Assembly: GCA_036005845.1 (NCBI GenBank)
Contig: DASYQD010000117.1
Coordinates: 49,581-113,580 of the forward strand
DNA: 64,000 nt
Direction of reading: 5' to 3'
Origin: Thermoanaerobaculia bacterium
GTDB taxonomy: Bacteria > Acidobacteriota > Thermoanaerobaculia > Multivoradales > JAIOJS01
Below are positions 17,184-27,242 of the stretch, piece by piece. Each line of letters begins with the position of its first letter. Positions within the stretch are counted from its first letter, which is position 1. The position numbers and the translations under genes were made by a program. Below the pieces are notes generated by a model, which was not told the origin of the DNA, did not search any database, and saw nothing but the letters and a program-made list of their open reading frames with translations.

Positions 17184-19441
17184 GCGCGCCCGACGGCGTG
17201 GACGTCGTGGTGCCGGTCTACGGCGCCGCCGCGGATCTGTCGCGCTGTCTCGCGAGTGTGCTGGCACACAGCGAGCTGGGGCGGCATCGGCTGGTGGTGG
17301 TGCTCGACGGGCCGCAGCAGGCAGCGGTGGAGGGGGCGCTGGCGCCGGTCGCTTCGCGAACCGAGAACGAAGTCGTGGTGCTGCGGCAGCCGCAGCGGCG
17401 CGGTTTCGCCTCGGCCGCGAACCGCGGTCTGGCCGCTTCGGAGCGCGACACGGTATTGCTCAACAGCGACACGCAGGTGACGGCGGGCTGGCTCGACAAG
17501 CTGCAACGCGCCGCCGCATCGACGCCCGACGCCGGCACCGTGACGCCGTTCTCCAACCACGCCACCATCTGCTCGCTGCCGCGCTTCCTGGAAGAGAACA
17601 ATGTTCCCGCCGGCTACGACGTCGACAGCTTCGGCGCGCTCGTCGAGCGCGTCGCGGCGCCGAGCTACCCGCGCCTGCCCACCGGCGTCGGCTTCTGCAT
17701 GCTGGTGCGGCGGCGCCTGCTCGACGAAGTCGGTACCTTCGACGAAGGTCGCTTCGGGCTCGGCTACGGCGAAGAGGTCGACCTCTGCCTGCGCGCCGCC
17801 GCGGCCGGCTTCGTGCACCTCCTCGCCGACGACACCTATGTCTGGCACCGCGGGCACGGCAGCTTTGGCGGCGCGCGCTCCGCGCGGATGCGCGGAGCCG
17901 AGCGGCGGATGCGAACGCTGCACCCGGGCTACACGCGGACGATCGCCGACTTCATGCGGCGCGATCCATTGGCGGAGGTGCGGGAGAGGGTGCTTGCAGC
18001 GCTCGCTCCGGCGCGCACAGACGACGAAGACGGAGAAAAGACTTGGCAGGCAGCGCCCTCTGCCCTGTCTTCGCAAGAGCGAGCGGTAAGGGACAGCAGG
18101 GTCAGCGGTGGGATCGTGCACTTGGTCCATGGCTGGCCGCCGTTCGCGACCGCCGGCACCGAGGTCTACGCACAAGGATTGGCGCGGCGTCAGGCGCGGC
18201 ACCACCGCGTCGCCGCCTTCGCGCGCGTGGCGCGAAGCGATCGGCAGACCGGCGATGTCGTCGAGCACTTCGACCACGGCGTGCGCGTGCGGCTGCTGGT
18301 CAACAACTTCGATCAGCGCGACCCGCTGGCGCGCAACGCGCTCGACGAGCGGCGCCAGCGCCGCGTCTTCGCGCACTTCCTCGACGAAGAACGGCCCGCG
18401 CTGCTGCACGTGCATCACCTTGCCGGGCATGTGGCGACGCTGGTGCGGGTGGCGGCGCGGCGCGGCATTCCCGTCGTCATGCAGCTCCAGGACTGGTGGC
18501 CGCTGTGCGCGCGCGTCAACCTGCTGCACCGCGACGGCTACCTCTGCCCGGGCCCGGGGATCGGCCGCTGCGCCGCCTGCGCGCCGCTCACCCGGCGGCC
18601 GCCGGCGGCGGTGTGGAACCGGCTGCTGCACGCATTGCGACGGCGCTGGATGCGGCAGGCGCTCGCCGCCGCCGACGTGCTAGTGGCGGGCTCGCGCTTC
18701 CTCGCCGACAGCTACGCGCGCCTGGGATGGGTACCGGGCGGACGCGAGATCCGCGTCATTCCCTACGGCATCGAGGCCAACGGGCTCGTCGCCGTTGCTG
18801 ATGCGCGCGTCGATGTGAGTCCGGTGAAACCACTGCGCTGCGGCTTCATCGGCTCGCTGATGGCGCACAAGGGTGCGCACGTCGCAGTCGCCGCGTTCGC
18901 TTCGATCGCAGCGAGTGATGCGACGCTCGACTTGTGGGGCGATCCGACGGCCGATCTCGACTACACGCAGCGCCTGCACGCGCTGGCGGGCCCAGCGGTG
19001 CGCTTCCGCGGCCGCTTCCCGGAAGGTGGAGAAGTCGAAGTGATGCGCGGCCTCGACCTGCTGCTCGTGCCGTCGCTCGGCCTGGAGTCGTTTGGCCTCG
19101 TGGCGCGCGAGGCGCACGCTGCGGGCGTGCCGGTGCTGGCGAGCCGGCGGGGCGCGCTGGCGGAGCTGTTCGCCGCCGATGCAGCGCCGCGCGATGGTGC
19201 GGCCGTGCACGATGCTGCGGTCGACGGCGAACGTGGTGGCGCCCTCGTCGAGCCTGACGATCCGCAGGCGATCGCGCATTGGGTGCGGCGGCTGGTCGCC
19301 GAGCCCGAGCTCCTCGCGGCGTGGCGGCGCACGCCGGCGCCGAAGTCGATGGACGAGCACGCCGAGGAGATCGAGGCGCTCTACGCCGAGGTGCTGGCGG
19401 CGCGGCGGGGCGGGCGTCGAGCGTTGCGAGGCAGGCGTTGA
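17180..19441 (+). CDS. Bifunctional glycosyltransferase, GT2 fused to GT4
   Basis: GTG overlaps the M32 stop. DVVVPVYG, GFASAANRG, LLNSDT and YGEEVDLC, then VHGWPPFATAGTE and PSLGLESFGLVAREA. Confidence 0.85.
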   Translation: MSAPDGVDVVVPVYGAAADLSRCLASVLAHSELGRHRLVVVLDGPQQAAVEGALAPVASRTENEVVVLRQPQRRGFASAANRGLAASERDTVLLNSDTQVTAGWLDKLQRAAASTPDAGTVTPFSNHATICSLPRFLEENNVPAGYDVDSFGALVERVAAPSYPRLPTGVGFCMLVRRRLLDEVGTFDEGRFGLGYGEEVDLCLRAAAAGFVHLLADDTYVWHRGHGSFGGARSARMRGAERRMRTLHPGYTRTIADFMRRDPLAEVRERVLAALAPARTDDEDGEKTWQAAPSALSSQERAVRDSRVSGGIVHLVHGWPPFATAGTEVYAQGLARRQARHHRVAAFARVARSDRQTGDVVEHFDHGVRVRLLVNNFDQRDPLARNALDERRQRRVFAHFLDEERPALLHVHHLAGHVATLVRVAARRGIPVVMQLQDWWPLCARVNLLHRDGYLCPGPGIGRCAACAPLTRRPPAAVWNRLLHALRRRWMRQALAAADVLVAGSRFLADSYARLGWVPGGREIRVIPYGIEANGLVAVADARVDVSPVKPLRCGFIGSLMAHKGAHVAVAAFASIAASDATLDLWGDPTADLDYTQRLHALAGPAVRFRGRFPEGGEVEVMRGLDLLLVPSLGLESFGLVAREAHAAGVPVLASRRGALAELFAADAAPRDGAAVHDAAVDGERGGALVEPDDPQAIAHWVRRLVAEPELLAAWRRTPAPKSMDEHAEEIEALYAEVLAARRGGRRALRGRR

Positions 19442-20898
19442 ACGGTGCGGGTGACCGCGGCGATCCGCGGCGCGGATTGCGGCGCCGCGCCTCGTTGGTC
19501 GTCGACCTGCTGCGGGCCGAGGGCGCCGCCGCCGTAGCCGACCGCGCGCTCGATCATTGGGCCGAGGGGCGGCGCCGGCGGCAGTTCGAAGCGGAAGACC
19601 TCGCGAAGCTGCCCGCTGTGCCGGTGCTGGGCGTGACAGCGGCGCCGCCGGTGCCGTGGCTCGGCGGCGTGCCGGCGCAACTCGGCGTGCGCATGCGCGA
19701 GGAGGAGCGGCTCGGCGACACGGCATTGTTGTATCCGGAATGCGGGGGGCAGCGGCTCGAGGTGGTGGCGGCTGGGCGGCGCGTAGCCACGGATCTCTCC
19801 GGTACGGCGACATTCGACCCCGACCACGCCGCCCTCGCACTTTCGGGCGAGCCGTACGACGGCCAGAAGCCGCTCGGCGAAGAGGGCGGGACCGAAGCCG
19901 CGAGCTGGACGGCGCTGGTGATGCGCGCCGCCGACGTCGTGCGCGCGCGCCTCGTGCACGTGGAAGGCGCCGCCGGGCTGCCGCTCGATGGCCTCGTCGC
20001 GCTGGCGCGGCGCCGTCCTCTCGTCCTTGCGCTGCACGACTTCGCGCTCTGCTGTCCGCGCGCGAACCTTTACGACGAGAGCCGCGGTGCTTCGTGCGGC
20101 TGCTGCGCCGATGCGGCGACCTGCCAGGCGACGCTCGCGGCGAGCGGCCACCCGGGCGCCGCGTACGCCCTGCGCTGGCGCGAGCGCGGCGCCGAGCTGG
20201 TGGCGGCTTGCCGCTGCGTCATCTATCCGTCGCAGTTCCTGCTCGACGCCCACCTTCGACTCTTCGGCAACGCGGGCGCGGACGCGCGGGTGATCGCGCC
20301 CGGCATCGAAGGGGCGCGAATGGAGCCCTGGCGCTGGCCATGGACACCGCGCTCGGCGGCGCCCACCATCGCGTTCCTCGGCGGTGGCGCGGCGCACAAA
20401 GGCTCGCTGCTGCTCGCGGCGGTGATCCGCGAGTGGCTGCGGCGTGGCCTGCAGCCCCTGCGTTGGCAAGTGCTCGGCGGCGGGCGCCCGGAGCAGCTTC
20501 GGGCACTGCGCAAGATGCCCGGCGTGCGCGTGCGCGGCTACTACCGCCACGGCTCGCTCGGCGGGCTGCTGCGTGCGCGGCGTGTCGAGCTGGCGCTGCT
20601 GCTGCCGCAAGTGCCGGAGTCGTTCTCGCTCATCCTCAGCGAGTGCCTGGCCGCCGGCGTGCCGGTGATGGCGCTGGCGCAGGGCGCGCTCGCCGAGCGG
20701 CTCGCGGCAAGCGGCGGGCATCTGCTGCCGGAAGGCGCCGGCGCCGGCGAGATAGTGGCGGCGCTCCAGGAGTGGGTCGTGGGCGGGCTCGCGGTGCCAG
20801 CGCCACCACCGCCGATGCCGAGCAGCCGCGACGCTGCCGCGGCTTTCGCGCGTCTCTACGACGAGCTCAGTCGCCACGAGCCGCCGGCGACCGAGTGA
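19438..20898 (+). CDS. GT4-like glycosyltransferase
   Basis: Probable TTG start overlapping the upstream stop. LHDFALCCPR, IAFLGG and PESFSLILSECLAAGVPV. Confidence 0.7.
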   Translation: MNGAGDRGDPRRGLRRRASLVVDLLRAEGAAAVADRALDHWAEGRRRRQFEAEDLAKLPAVPVLGVTAAPPVPWLGGVPAQLGVRMREEERLGDTALLYPECGGQRLEVVAAGRRVATDLSGTATFDPDHAALALSGEPYDGQKPLGEEGGTEAASWTALVMRAADVVRARLVHVEGAAGLPLDGLVALARRRPLVLALHDFALCCPRANLYDESRGASCGCCADAATCQATLAASGHPGAAYALRWRERGAELVAACRCVIYPSQFLLDAHLRLFGNAGADARVIAPGIEGARMEPWRWPWTPRSAAPTIAFLGGGAAHKGSLLLAAVIREWLRRGLQPLRWQVLGGGRPEQLRALRKMPGVRVRGYYRHGSLGGLLRARRVELALLLPQVPESFSLILSECLAAGVPVMALAQGALAERLAASGGHLLPEGAGAGEIVAALQEWVVGGLAVPAPPPPMPSSRDAAAAFARLYDELSRHEPPATE

Positions 20899-20927
20899 TA
20901 CTTTTTCTGACAGGGATCACGCCGCTC

Positions 20928-21335
20928 ATGTCCATCGCCACCCTCTCCGCTCCCGCCCGCGAGGTGCCGCGCTACCTCGTCGCCGGCGCCGTCAACACGG
21001 TGGGGAGCTGGCTCGTCTACGTGGCGCTGCTGCAGGTGACCTCGTACCGGCTCGCCTACACGGCGTCGTTCGCCTTCGGCATCCTGCTGTCGTTCCTGCT
21101 CAACTCCTGGTTCGTCTTCGGCGTGCCGCTGAGCTGGCGGCGGCTGCTGCCGTACCCCGGCGTCTACCTGGCGCAGTTCGCGCTCGGCTACGGCGTCGTC
21201 TGGCTGGCGGTGGAGAAGGCGGGCTGGCCGGCGTGGTCTGGCCCGCTCGTCGCGCTCGTCTTCACGACGCCGCTCGGCTTCCTGCTGACGCGGCGCCTGC
21301 TCGTCGGGGCGGCGAAGCGCGGCGGCGCGGAGTGA
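20928..21335 (+). CDS. GtrA family small membrane protein
   Basis: RYLVAGAVNT, four hydrophobic segments, SFLLNSWFVF. Confidence 0.85.
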   Translation: MSIATLSAPAREVPRYLVAGAVNTVGSWLVYVALLQVTSYRLAYTASFAFGILLSFLLNSWFVFGVPLSWRRLLPYPGVYLAQFALGYGVVWLAVEKAGWPAWSGPLVALVFTTPLGFLLTRRLLVGAAKRGGAE

Positions 21336-21339
21336 AGCG

Positions 21340-22491
21340 GTGAGCGGCGCGCCGGTCCCCTTCAACGACCTCAAGCCGGTGCAGGCGATGCTCGCCGGCG
21401 AGCTCGAGGCGGCGGCGCGCCGCGTGCTGCAGAGCGGCTGGTACATCCTCGGCCCCGAGCTCGAGGCGTTCGAGGCGGAATTCGCCGCCTACCACGGCGT
21501 GCCGCACGCGGTCGGCGTCGCCAACGGCACCGACGCGGTGGAGCTGGCGCTGCGGGCGCTCGGCATCGGCGCGGGCGACGAGGTGATCACCGTCTCGCAC
21601 ACGGCGGTCGCCACGGTCTGCGCGGTCGAGCGCGCCGGAGCGACGCCGGTGCTGGTCGACGTCGACGAGGCGACCTTCACCATCGATCCGCGCGCCGCCG
21701 AGGCGGCGATCACGCCGCGCACGCGCGCCATCGTGCCGGTGCACCTCTACGGCCAGCCGGCTGACATGGATGCCGTGCTCGACCTTGCGCGCCGTCACGG
21801 GTTGGCGGTCGTCGAAGACTGCGCGCAGGCCCACGGCGCGCGTTGGCGCGGGCAGCCCGTCGGCACGCTCGGCGACCTCGGCGCCTTCAGCTTCTACCCG
21901 ACGAAGAACCTCGGCGCCCTCGGCGACGCCGGCGCGGTGATCGCGCGCGACGCGCAGCTCGCGGCGCGCCTGCGCCGGCTGCGCAACTACGGCCAGCGCG
22001 AGCGCTACGAGCACGTCGAGACGGGAATGAACAGCCGCCTCGACGAGCTGCAGGCTGCCCTGCTGCGGGTGAAGCTGGCGCGGTTGGACGAGCACAACGC
22101 CGAGCGTCGGCGCCTCGCGCAGCTCTACTCGCGCGGCCTGACGACGGTGCGCACACCCGCTGCGCGCACCGAGGCCCACCACGTCTATCACCTCTACGTC
22201 GTACGCCACCGCGAGCGCCACCGGCTCCGCGCGCACCTCGCCGCGGCGGGCGTGCAGACGCTGCTCCACTATCCGGCGCCCGTGCACGCGCAGCCGGCCT
22301 ACGCCCACCTGCGCGAGCGCGCCGGCGCGCTGGCGGTGACCGACCGCCTCGCAAGCGAGATCCTCTCGCTGCCGCTCTTCGTCGGGCTCGCCGACGACCA
22401 GCTCCAGCGCGTGGTGGAGGTCGTGGAGAGCTTCAGCGCCACGGCTGACACGACCGACCGCGTGACGGTCACGGCGGTGGCGGAACCATGA
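21340..22491 (+). CDS. DegT/DnrJ/EryC1/StrS aminotransferase, FdtB/QdtB-like
   Basis: GVANGTDA, VPVHLYGQ, EDCAQAHG, SFYPTKNLGALGDAG (PLP lysine) and NSRLDELQAA. Confidence 0.92.
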   Translation: MSGAPVPFNDLKPVQAMLAGELEAAARRVLQSGWYILGPELEAFEAEFAAYHGVPHAVGVANGTDAVELALRALGIGAGDEVITVSHTAVATVCAVERAGATPVLVDVDEATFTIDPRAAEAAITPRTRAIVPVHLYGQPADMDAVLDLARRHGLAVVEDCAQAHGARWRGQPVGTLGDLGAFSFYPTKNLGALGDAGAVIARDAQLAARLRRLRNYGQRERYEHVETGMNSRLDELQAALLRVKLARLDEHNAERRRLAQLYSRGLTTVRTPAARTEAHHVYHLYVVRHRERHRLRAHLAAAGVQTLLHYPAPVHAQPAYAHLRERAGALAVTDRLASEILSLPLFVGLADDQLQRVVEVVESFSATADTTDRVTVTAVAEP

Positions 22492-23234
22492 CGGCGCGCT
22501 ACGCCGGCCTCGACTTCGAAGGCTTCAAGTCGCTGGCCACGGACCCGGCGCGTTCGCCGCACGAGAAGGTCGGCTTCCCCGACTCCTACCGCGAGGGCAA
22601 GGCGAAGGACATCCTGCGCGACGTCGCCGCCAAGTTGCCGGCGTTGCGGGCGCGCGGCAAGTCCGTGCTCGACATCGGCGCCGGTTGCAGCGACGTCGCC
22701 ACGTCGCTCATCGAGCTCTGCGGCGCGCGCGGCCACCGCCTCACGCTCGTCGACTCTGCCGAGATGCTGGCGCAGCTCCCGCAGCCCGCGCACGTCGAGA
22801 AGGTCGCCGGCCGCTTCCCCGATGACTGCCTGCCCTTCGTCGAGCAGCACCGCGGCGGCTTCGACGCGGTGCTCGTCTACAGCGTCCTCCACTACGTCTT
22901 CGTCGAGCGCGCCGTCTTCTCCTTCCTCGACCGCGCCATGGAGCTGCTGGCGCCGGGCGGCGCGCTGCTCATCGGCGACATCCCCAACCAGTCGATGCGC
23001 AAGCGGTTCTTCGCCTCCGCCGCCGGCGCCCGCTTCCATCAGAGCTTCACCGACAGCCCGCAGCCGCCCCTCGTCGAGCACGGCGTGCTCGAGACCGGCT
23101 TCCTCGACGACGCGGTGCTGCTCGGCCTGCTGATGCGGGCGCGCGCCGCCGGCTTCCACGGCTTCCTGGTGCCGCAGGACCCGCGGCTGCCGATGGCCAA
23201 CCGCCGCGAGGACCTGCTCGTGGTGCGGCCGTGA
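22488..23234 (+). CDS. Class I SAM-dependent methyltransferase
   Basis: VLDIGAGC motif I, YSVLHY and LAPGGALLIGDIP. Confidence 0.75.
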   Translation: MTARYAGLDFEGFKSLATDPARSPHEKVGFPDSYREGKAKDILRDVAAKLPALRARGKSVLDIGAGCSDVATSLIELCGARGHRLTLVDSAEMLAQLPQPAHVEKVAGRFPDDCLPFVEQHRGGFDAVLVYSVLHYVFVERAVFSFLDRAMELLAPGGALLIGDIPNQSMRKRFFASAAGARFHQSFTDSPQPPLVEHGVLETGFLDDAVLLGLLMRARAAGFHGFLVPQDPRLPMANRREDLLVVRP

Positions 23235-23893
23235 CCGACGCCGCCGCCTGCGGCCCGAGCCCGCAGCTGGTGCTCGTCGGCGACAGCGCCTTCGCCGAGG
23301 TCGCCTACGAATACTTCACGCACGACTCGCCGTACGAGGTGGCCGGCTTCGCCGTCGAGCGTGCCTTCCGCCGGCGCGACGACCTGTTCGGGGTGCCGGT
23401 CGTGGACTTCGAGACGATGGAGGAGCGCTTCCCGCCGGCGACCCACGACTTCTACGCCGCCCTCGTCTACACCCAGGGCAACGCGCTGCGCCGGCGGCTC
23501 TACGAGGCGGCGAAGGCGAAGGGCTACCGGCCCGCCTCCTACGTCAGCAGCCGCGCCTTCGTGTGGCGGAACGTCGAGCTGGGCGAGCACTGCTTCGTCT
23601 TCGAGAACAACGTCGTGCAGCCCTTCGTCAAGCTCGGCAACGACGTCGTGCTGTGGAGCGGCAACCACATCGGCCACCACTCCTCGATCGGCGACCACTG
23701 CTTCATCTCCTCGCACGTCGTCGTCTCGGGGTTCGTACACATCGGGAAGTCGTGCTTCCTCGGCGTCAACTCGACGTTCGCCAACAACCTGGAGGTGGGG
23801 AACGGCTGCGTCATCGGCGCCGGCGCGCTGGTGCTCGGCGACGTCGCGGACGGCGAGACGGTGGTGGGCGTCAAGAAGCGCTCCAAGAGTTGA
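23231..23893 (+). CDS. Hexapeptide-repeat acetyltransferase, NeuD/PglD-like
   Basis: N-terminal LVLVGDSAFAE domain plus left-handed beta-helix repeats (LGEHCFV, IGHHSSIGDHCFI). Confidence 0.85.
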   Translation: MTDAAACGPSPQLVLVGDSAFAEVAYEYFTHDSPYEVAGFAVERAFRRRDDLFGVPVVDFETMEERFPPATHDFYAALVYTQGNALRRRLYEAAKAKGYRPASYVSSRAFVWRNVELGEHCFVFENNVVQPFVKLGNDVVLWSGNHIGHHSSIGDHCFISSHVVVSGFVHIGKSCFLGVNSTFANNLEVGNGCVIGAGALVLGDVADGETVVGVKKRSKS

Positions 23894-23906
23894 ATTGGAT
23901 CTTGGC

Positions 23907-24905
23907 GTGATCCTGCTCGAGCCCTACGGCGACGGCGATCGCGCGGCCTGGGACGCTTTCGTGCGGGCGAGCAAGAACGGCAACTTCCTCTTCCTCCGCG
24001 ACTACATGGAGTACCACCGCGACCGCTTCGAGGATGCCTCGCTGCTGGCGCGGCGAAGGCCCGGCGGGCCGCCGCTGGCGCTGCTGCCGGCGAACCGCCG
24101 CGGTGCGACGCTCGAGAGCCACGGCGGCCTCACCTTCGGCGGCTGGGTGTGCGGCGCCGAGATGACGGCGACGGCGATGCTCGAGCTGTTCGCGGTGCTT
24201 GGGCAGCGGCTCGCCGGCGACGGCGTGTCGCTGCTGCGCTACCGCGCCGTGCCGCACGTCTACCACCGCGCGCCGGCGGACGAGGACGTCTACGCGCTGC
24301 ATCGCCTCGGCGCACGCGTCGTGCGGCGCGCGCCGCTGTCGGTCGTCGACCAGCGGCGGCCGCTGCCCTGGCAGACGCGGCGGCGCCGCGGCCTCAAGCG
24401 CGCCGCGGCGAGCGGCCTCGTCTGCGGCGAGAGCGCCGACCACGCCGGCTACTGGGAGCTGCTGACCGCCGTGCTGCAGGAGACCTACGACGCCCGACCG
24501 GTGCACACGCTGGAAGAGATCGAGCGGCTGCGCCGCGCTTTCCCCGCCAACATCCGTCTCTTCACCTGCCGCCGCGGTCAGGCCCTGCTCGCCGGAGTGC
24601 TCGTCTTCGAGAGCGAGACGGTGGCGCGCGCGCAGTACATCGCGGCGTCGGAGGAAGGCCGTCGCGAAGCCGCCCTCGATCTGCTCTTCGATCACCTGCT
24701 GCGCGAGGTCTTCGCCGGCAAGGACTGGTTCGACCTCGGCACCTCGGAAGGTGCGGAGCCGGGCACGCTCAACGGGGGCGTGCTGGAGTACAAGGAGAGC
24801 CTCGGCGCGCGGCTCGTGGCGCAGGACACCTACGAGCTCACGATCGGCGGCGACGCCGTGGCCGCGAGAGAGGAGGGGAGATGGCGCTCGCCGACTGCCG
24901 GCTGA
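23907..24905 (+). CDS. GNAT/FemAB-like N-acyltransferase
   Basis: WDAFVRASKNGNFLFLRDYMEYHRDRFED, SHGGLTFGG, YWELL and FDLGTS...YKESLG. Confidence 0.75.
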   Translation: MILLEPYGDGDRAAWDAFVRASKNGNFLFLRDYMEYHRDRFEDASLLARRRPGGPPLALLPANRRGATLESHGGLTFGGWVCGAEMTATAMLELFAVLGQRLAGDGVSLLRYRAVPHVYHRAPADEDVYALHRLGARVVRRAPLSVVDQRRPLPWQTRRRRGLKRAAASGLVCGESADHAGYWELLTAVLQETYDARPVHTLEEIERLRRAFPANIRLFTCRRGQALLAGVLVFESETVARAQYIAASEEGRREAALDLLFDHLLREVFAGKDWFDLGTSEGAEPGTLNGGVLEYKESLGARLVAQDTYELTIGGDAVAAREEGRWRSPTAG

Positions 24906-25294
24906 TCGACCTGCCGAAGGTGAACGACGCGCGCGGCAACCTCACCTTCATCGAAGGCGAGCGCCATCTGCCGTTCGAGATCCGCCGTGTCTTCTACCTC
25001 TACGACGTGCCCGGCGGCTCGACGCGCGCCGGCCACGCGCTCAAGAGCTGCCAGCAGTTCCTCGTCGCGCTCTCGGGCGCCTTCGACGTGCTGCTCGACG
25101 ACGGCGTCGAGAAGCAGCGCTTCCACTTGAACCGCGCGCACTTCGGGCTCTACGTGGCGCCGCTCGTCTGGCGCGAGCTCGACAACTTCTCCGGCAACTC
25201 GGTGTGCCTGGTGCTCGCCTCCGAGGCCTACGAACCGGCGGGGTATCTGCGCGAGTACGACGAGTTCCTGGCGGCGGTGCGCGATGGTGGATGA
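24881..25294 (+). CDS. dTDP-sugar 3,4-ketoisomerase, FdtA/QdtA cupin
   Basis: GAGGAGGGGAG RBS. DARGNLTFIEG, RRVFYLYDVP, RAGHALK and VCLVLASEAY. Confidence 0.9.
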   Translation: MALADCRLIDLPKVNDARGNLTFIEGERHLPFEIRRVFYLYDVPGGSTRAGHALKSCQQFLVALSGAFDVLLDDGVEKQRFHLNRAHFGLYVAPLVWRELDNFSGNSVCLVLASEAYEPAGYLREYDEFLAAVRDGG

Positions 25295-26279
25295 GGCGGG
25301 CGCCGAGAGCGCGGCGCCGGCGCCTCCGACGCCAGCACAGCCGGCGCCGCCGGCGATCCCCGTCGTCTCGGTGGTGGTGCCCGTCTACCGGAACGAGGGC
25401 TCGCTGCCGGCGCTCTTCGACGCGCTGCTCAGCATCGAACGCGGTCTCGCCGACCGCGGCCTCGCGCTCGAGCTGATCTTCGTCGACGACGGCTCACCCG
25501 ACGGCTCGCTCGCCGTGCTGCGCGAGCTCAAGCGCCGCCGCCCCGCCACCAAGGTGGTCAAGCTGTCGCGCAACTTCGGCGCCGTGCACGCCAGCAAGAC
25601 CGGCTTCCGCTACGTCACCGGCGGCTGCTTCTGCATCCTCGCCGCCGACCTACAGGACCCGCCGGAGCTCATCCTGCAGATGGCGGACCTCTGGCTGCAG
25701 GGCAGCAAGTTCGTCGTCTGCGTACGGCAGCGGCGCGAGGACTCGCTGCTGTCGCGCTTCTTCTCCTGGGTCCACTACCGTTCGGTGCGGCTGCTCGCCG
25801 TGCGCGACTTTCCGCTGGGCGGCTTCGACCTCGCGCTCATGAGTCGCGAGCTGCTGCCGCACATGCTCGACAGCGCGCGCCACGTCAACACGCCGCTCTT
25901 CGCCTACTGGCTGGGCTTCCGTCCCACCACCATCCACTACGTGCGGCGGCGGCGCACCCACGGCAAGTCGGGGTGGACGTTCCGCAAGCGCGTCAACTTC
26001 TACGTCGACAGCCTGGTGGGCTTCTCGATCGTGCCGCTGCGTGCGATGTCCTTCATCGGCATGGTGGTGGCGCTCCTGAGCTTCGGCTACGGCGGCACGA
26101 TCGCGGTCAACGCGCTGCGCGGGCTCAAGACGGTGCCCGGCTTCGCGGCGCTGGCGGTGCTGCTGTCGTTCCTCCTCGGCCTGGTGATCGCCATGCTCGG
26201 CGTCGTCGGCGAGTACCTCTGGCGCATCTACGACGAGGTGAGCCGCAAGCCGGAAGCGGTGGTGGACGAGGTGCTGTGA
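25284..26279 (+). CDS. GT2 glycosyltransferase with two C-terminal TM helices, GtrB-like
   Basis: SVVVPVYRNE, FVDDGSPD, LSRNFG, AADLQDPPE and GVVGEYLWRIYDE. Confidence 0.9.
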   Translation: MVDEAGAESAAPAPPTPAQPAPPAIPVVSVVVPVYRNEGSLPALFDALLSIERGLADRGLALELIFVDDGSPDGSLAVLRELKRRRPATKVVKLSRNFGAVHASKTGFRYVTGGCFCILAADLQDPPELILQMADLWLQGSKFVVCVRQRREDSLLSRFFSWVHYRSVRLLAVRDFPLGGFDLALMSRELLPHMLDSARHVNTPLFAYWLGFRPTTIHYVRRRRTHGKSGWTFRKRVNFYVDSLVGFSIVPLRAMSFIGMVVALLSFGYGGTIAVNALRGLKTVPGFAALAVLLSFLLGLVIAMLGVVGEYLWRIYDEVSRKPEAVVDEVL

Positions 26280-27205
26280 CGCCCACCGAACGGCAGCAGT
26301 GGGAGAGGCTGGGGCTTGTCTGGGTTGCAAGCGGAGAGCAGCCGTGGGCGCGCACGCACGCCGCGCTGCCGACGGCGACGATGCTCGACGAGGAGCGCAT
26401 CCGCGTCTACGTCGCCTGCCTCGACGCGGCGAAGGTGGGCCGCATCGGCTGGGTCGACGTCGCGGCGCGCGATCCGCGCCAGGTGCTCGCGGTGTCCGAG
26501 CATCCCGTGCTCGACGTCGGCGCGCCGGGCACCTTCGACGACAACGGCGTCAATCCGCTCTGGCTGGTGGAGCACGCAGGGCGCCTCTACCTCTACTACG
26601 TCGGCTGGCAGCTCGGCACCCGCGTGCGCTATTACCTCTTCTGCGGCCTCGCCGCGAGCGACGACGGCGGCAACAGCTTCCTGCGCGTGTCGCAGGCGCC
26701 GCTGCTCGACCGCACCGACGGCGAGCTGTTCGTGCGCACGGCGCCCTGCGTGCGCCGCGAGGACGGCGTGTGGAAGATGTGGTACATCGGCGGCGACAGC
26801 TGGGTGGAGGGGCGCGGCAAGCAGCTGCCGCGCTACGGGCTGCGCTACCTCGAATCGGATGACCCGCGACGCTGGCGCGGCCCGAGCCGCCCGGTCATGG
26901 ACGTGCGCGGCGGCGACGAGCATGGTTTCGGGCGGCCCTTCGTGTTGCGCGAGGATGGCCGCTACCGTATGTGGTACTCGGTGCGCACGATCAGCGCCGG
27001 CTACCGCCTCGGCTACGCCGAGTCGCCGGATGGCCTGACGTGGGAACGCATGGACGACGCGGCGGGGATCGAGCCGTCGCCGGAGGGGTGGGACTCGCAG
27101 ATGGTCTGCTACTCGTTCCTGCAGGCCACCCGCTACGGCACCTACCTCTTCTACAACGGCAACGATTACGGCGCGACGGGCTTCGGCGCGGCGGTGCTGC
27201 GGTAG
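26276..27205 (+). CDS. Five-bladed beta-propeller glycosidase-like protein (GH32/43/130-like fold)
   Basis: GAPGTFDDNGV, LYYVGW, WKMWYIGG, YRMWYS, LGYAESPDGLTW and YNGNDYG. Confidence 0.65.
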   Translation: MTPTERQQWERLGLVWVASGEQPWARTHAALPTATMLDEERIRVYVACLDAAKVGRIGWVDVAARDPRQVLAVSEHPVLDVGAPGTFDDNGVNPLWLVEHAGRLYLYYVGWQLGTRVRYYLFCGLAASDDGGNSFLRVSQAPLLDRTDGELFVRTAPCVRREDGVWKMWYIGGDSWVEGRGKQLPRYGLRYLESDDPRRWRGPSRPVMDVRGGDEHGFGRPFVLREDGRYRMWYSVRTISAGYRLGYAESPDGLTWERMDDAAGIEPSPEGWDSQMVCYSFLQATRYGTYLFYNGNDYGATGFGAAVLR

Positions 27206-27242
27206 CGGCGCTCTGTGATCGTGGCCACTTGGCAGAATTCTA

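Noticed and set aside
15884-19441. 1185-aa ORF as listed in the track
   Set aside because: The N-terminal part is an off-frame shadow of the M32 gene; the real CDS starts at GTG 17180.
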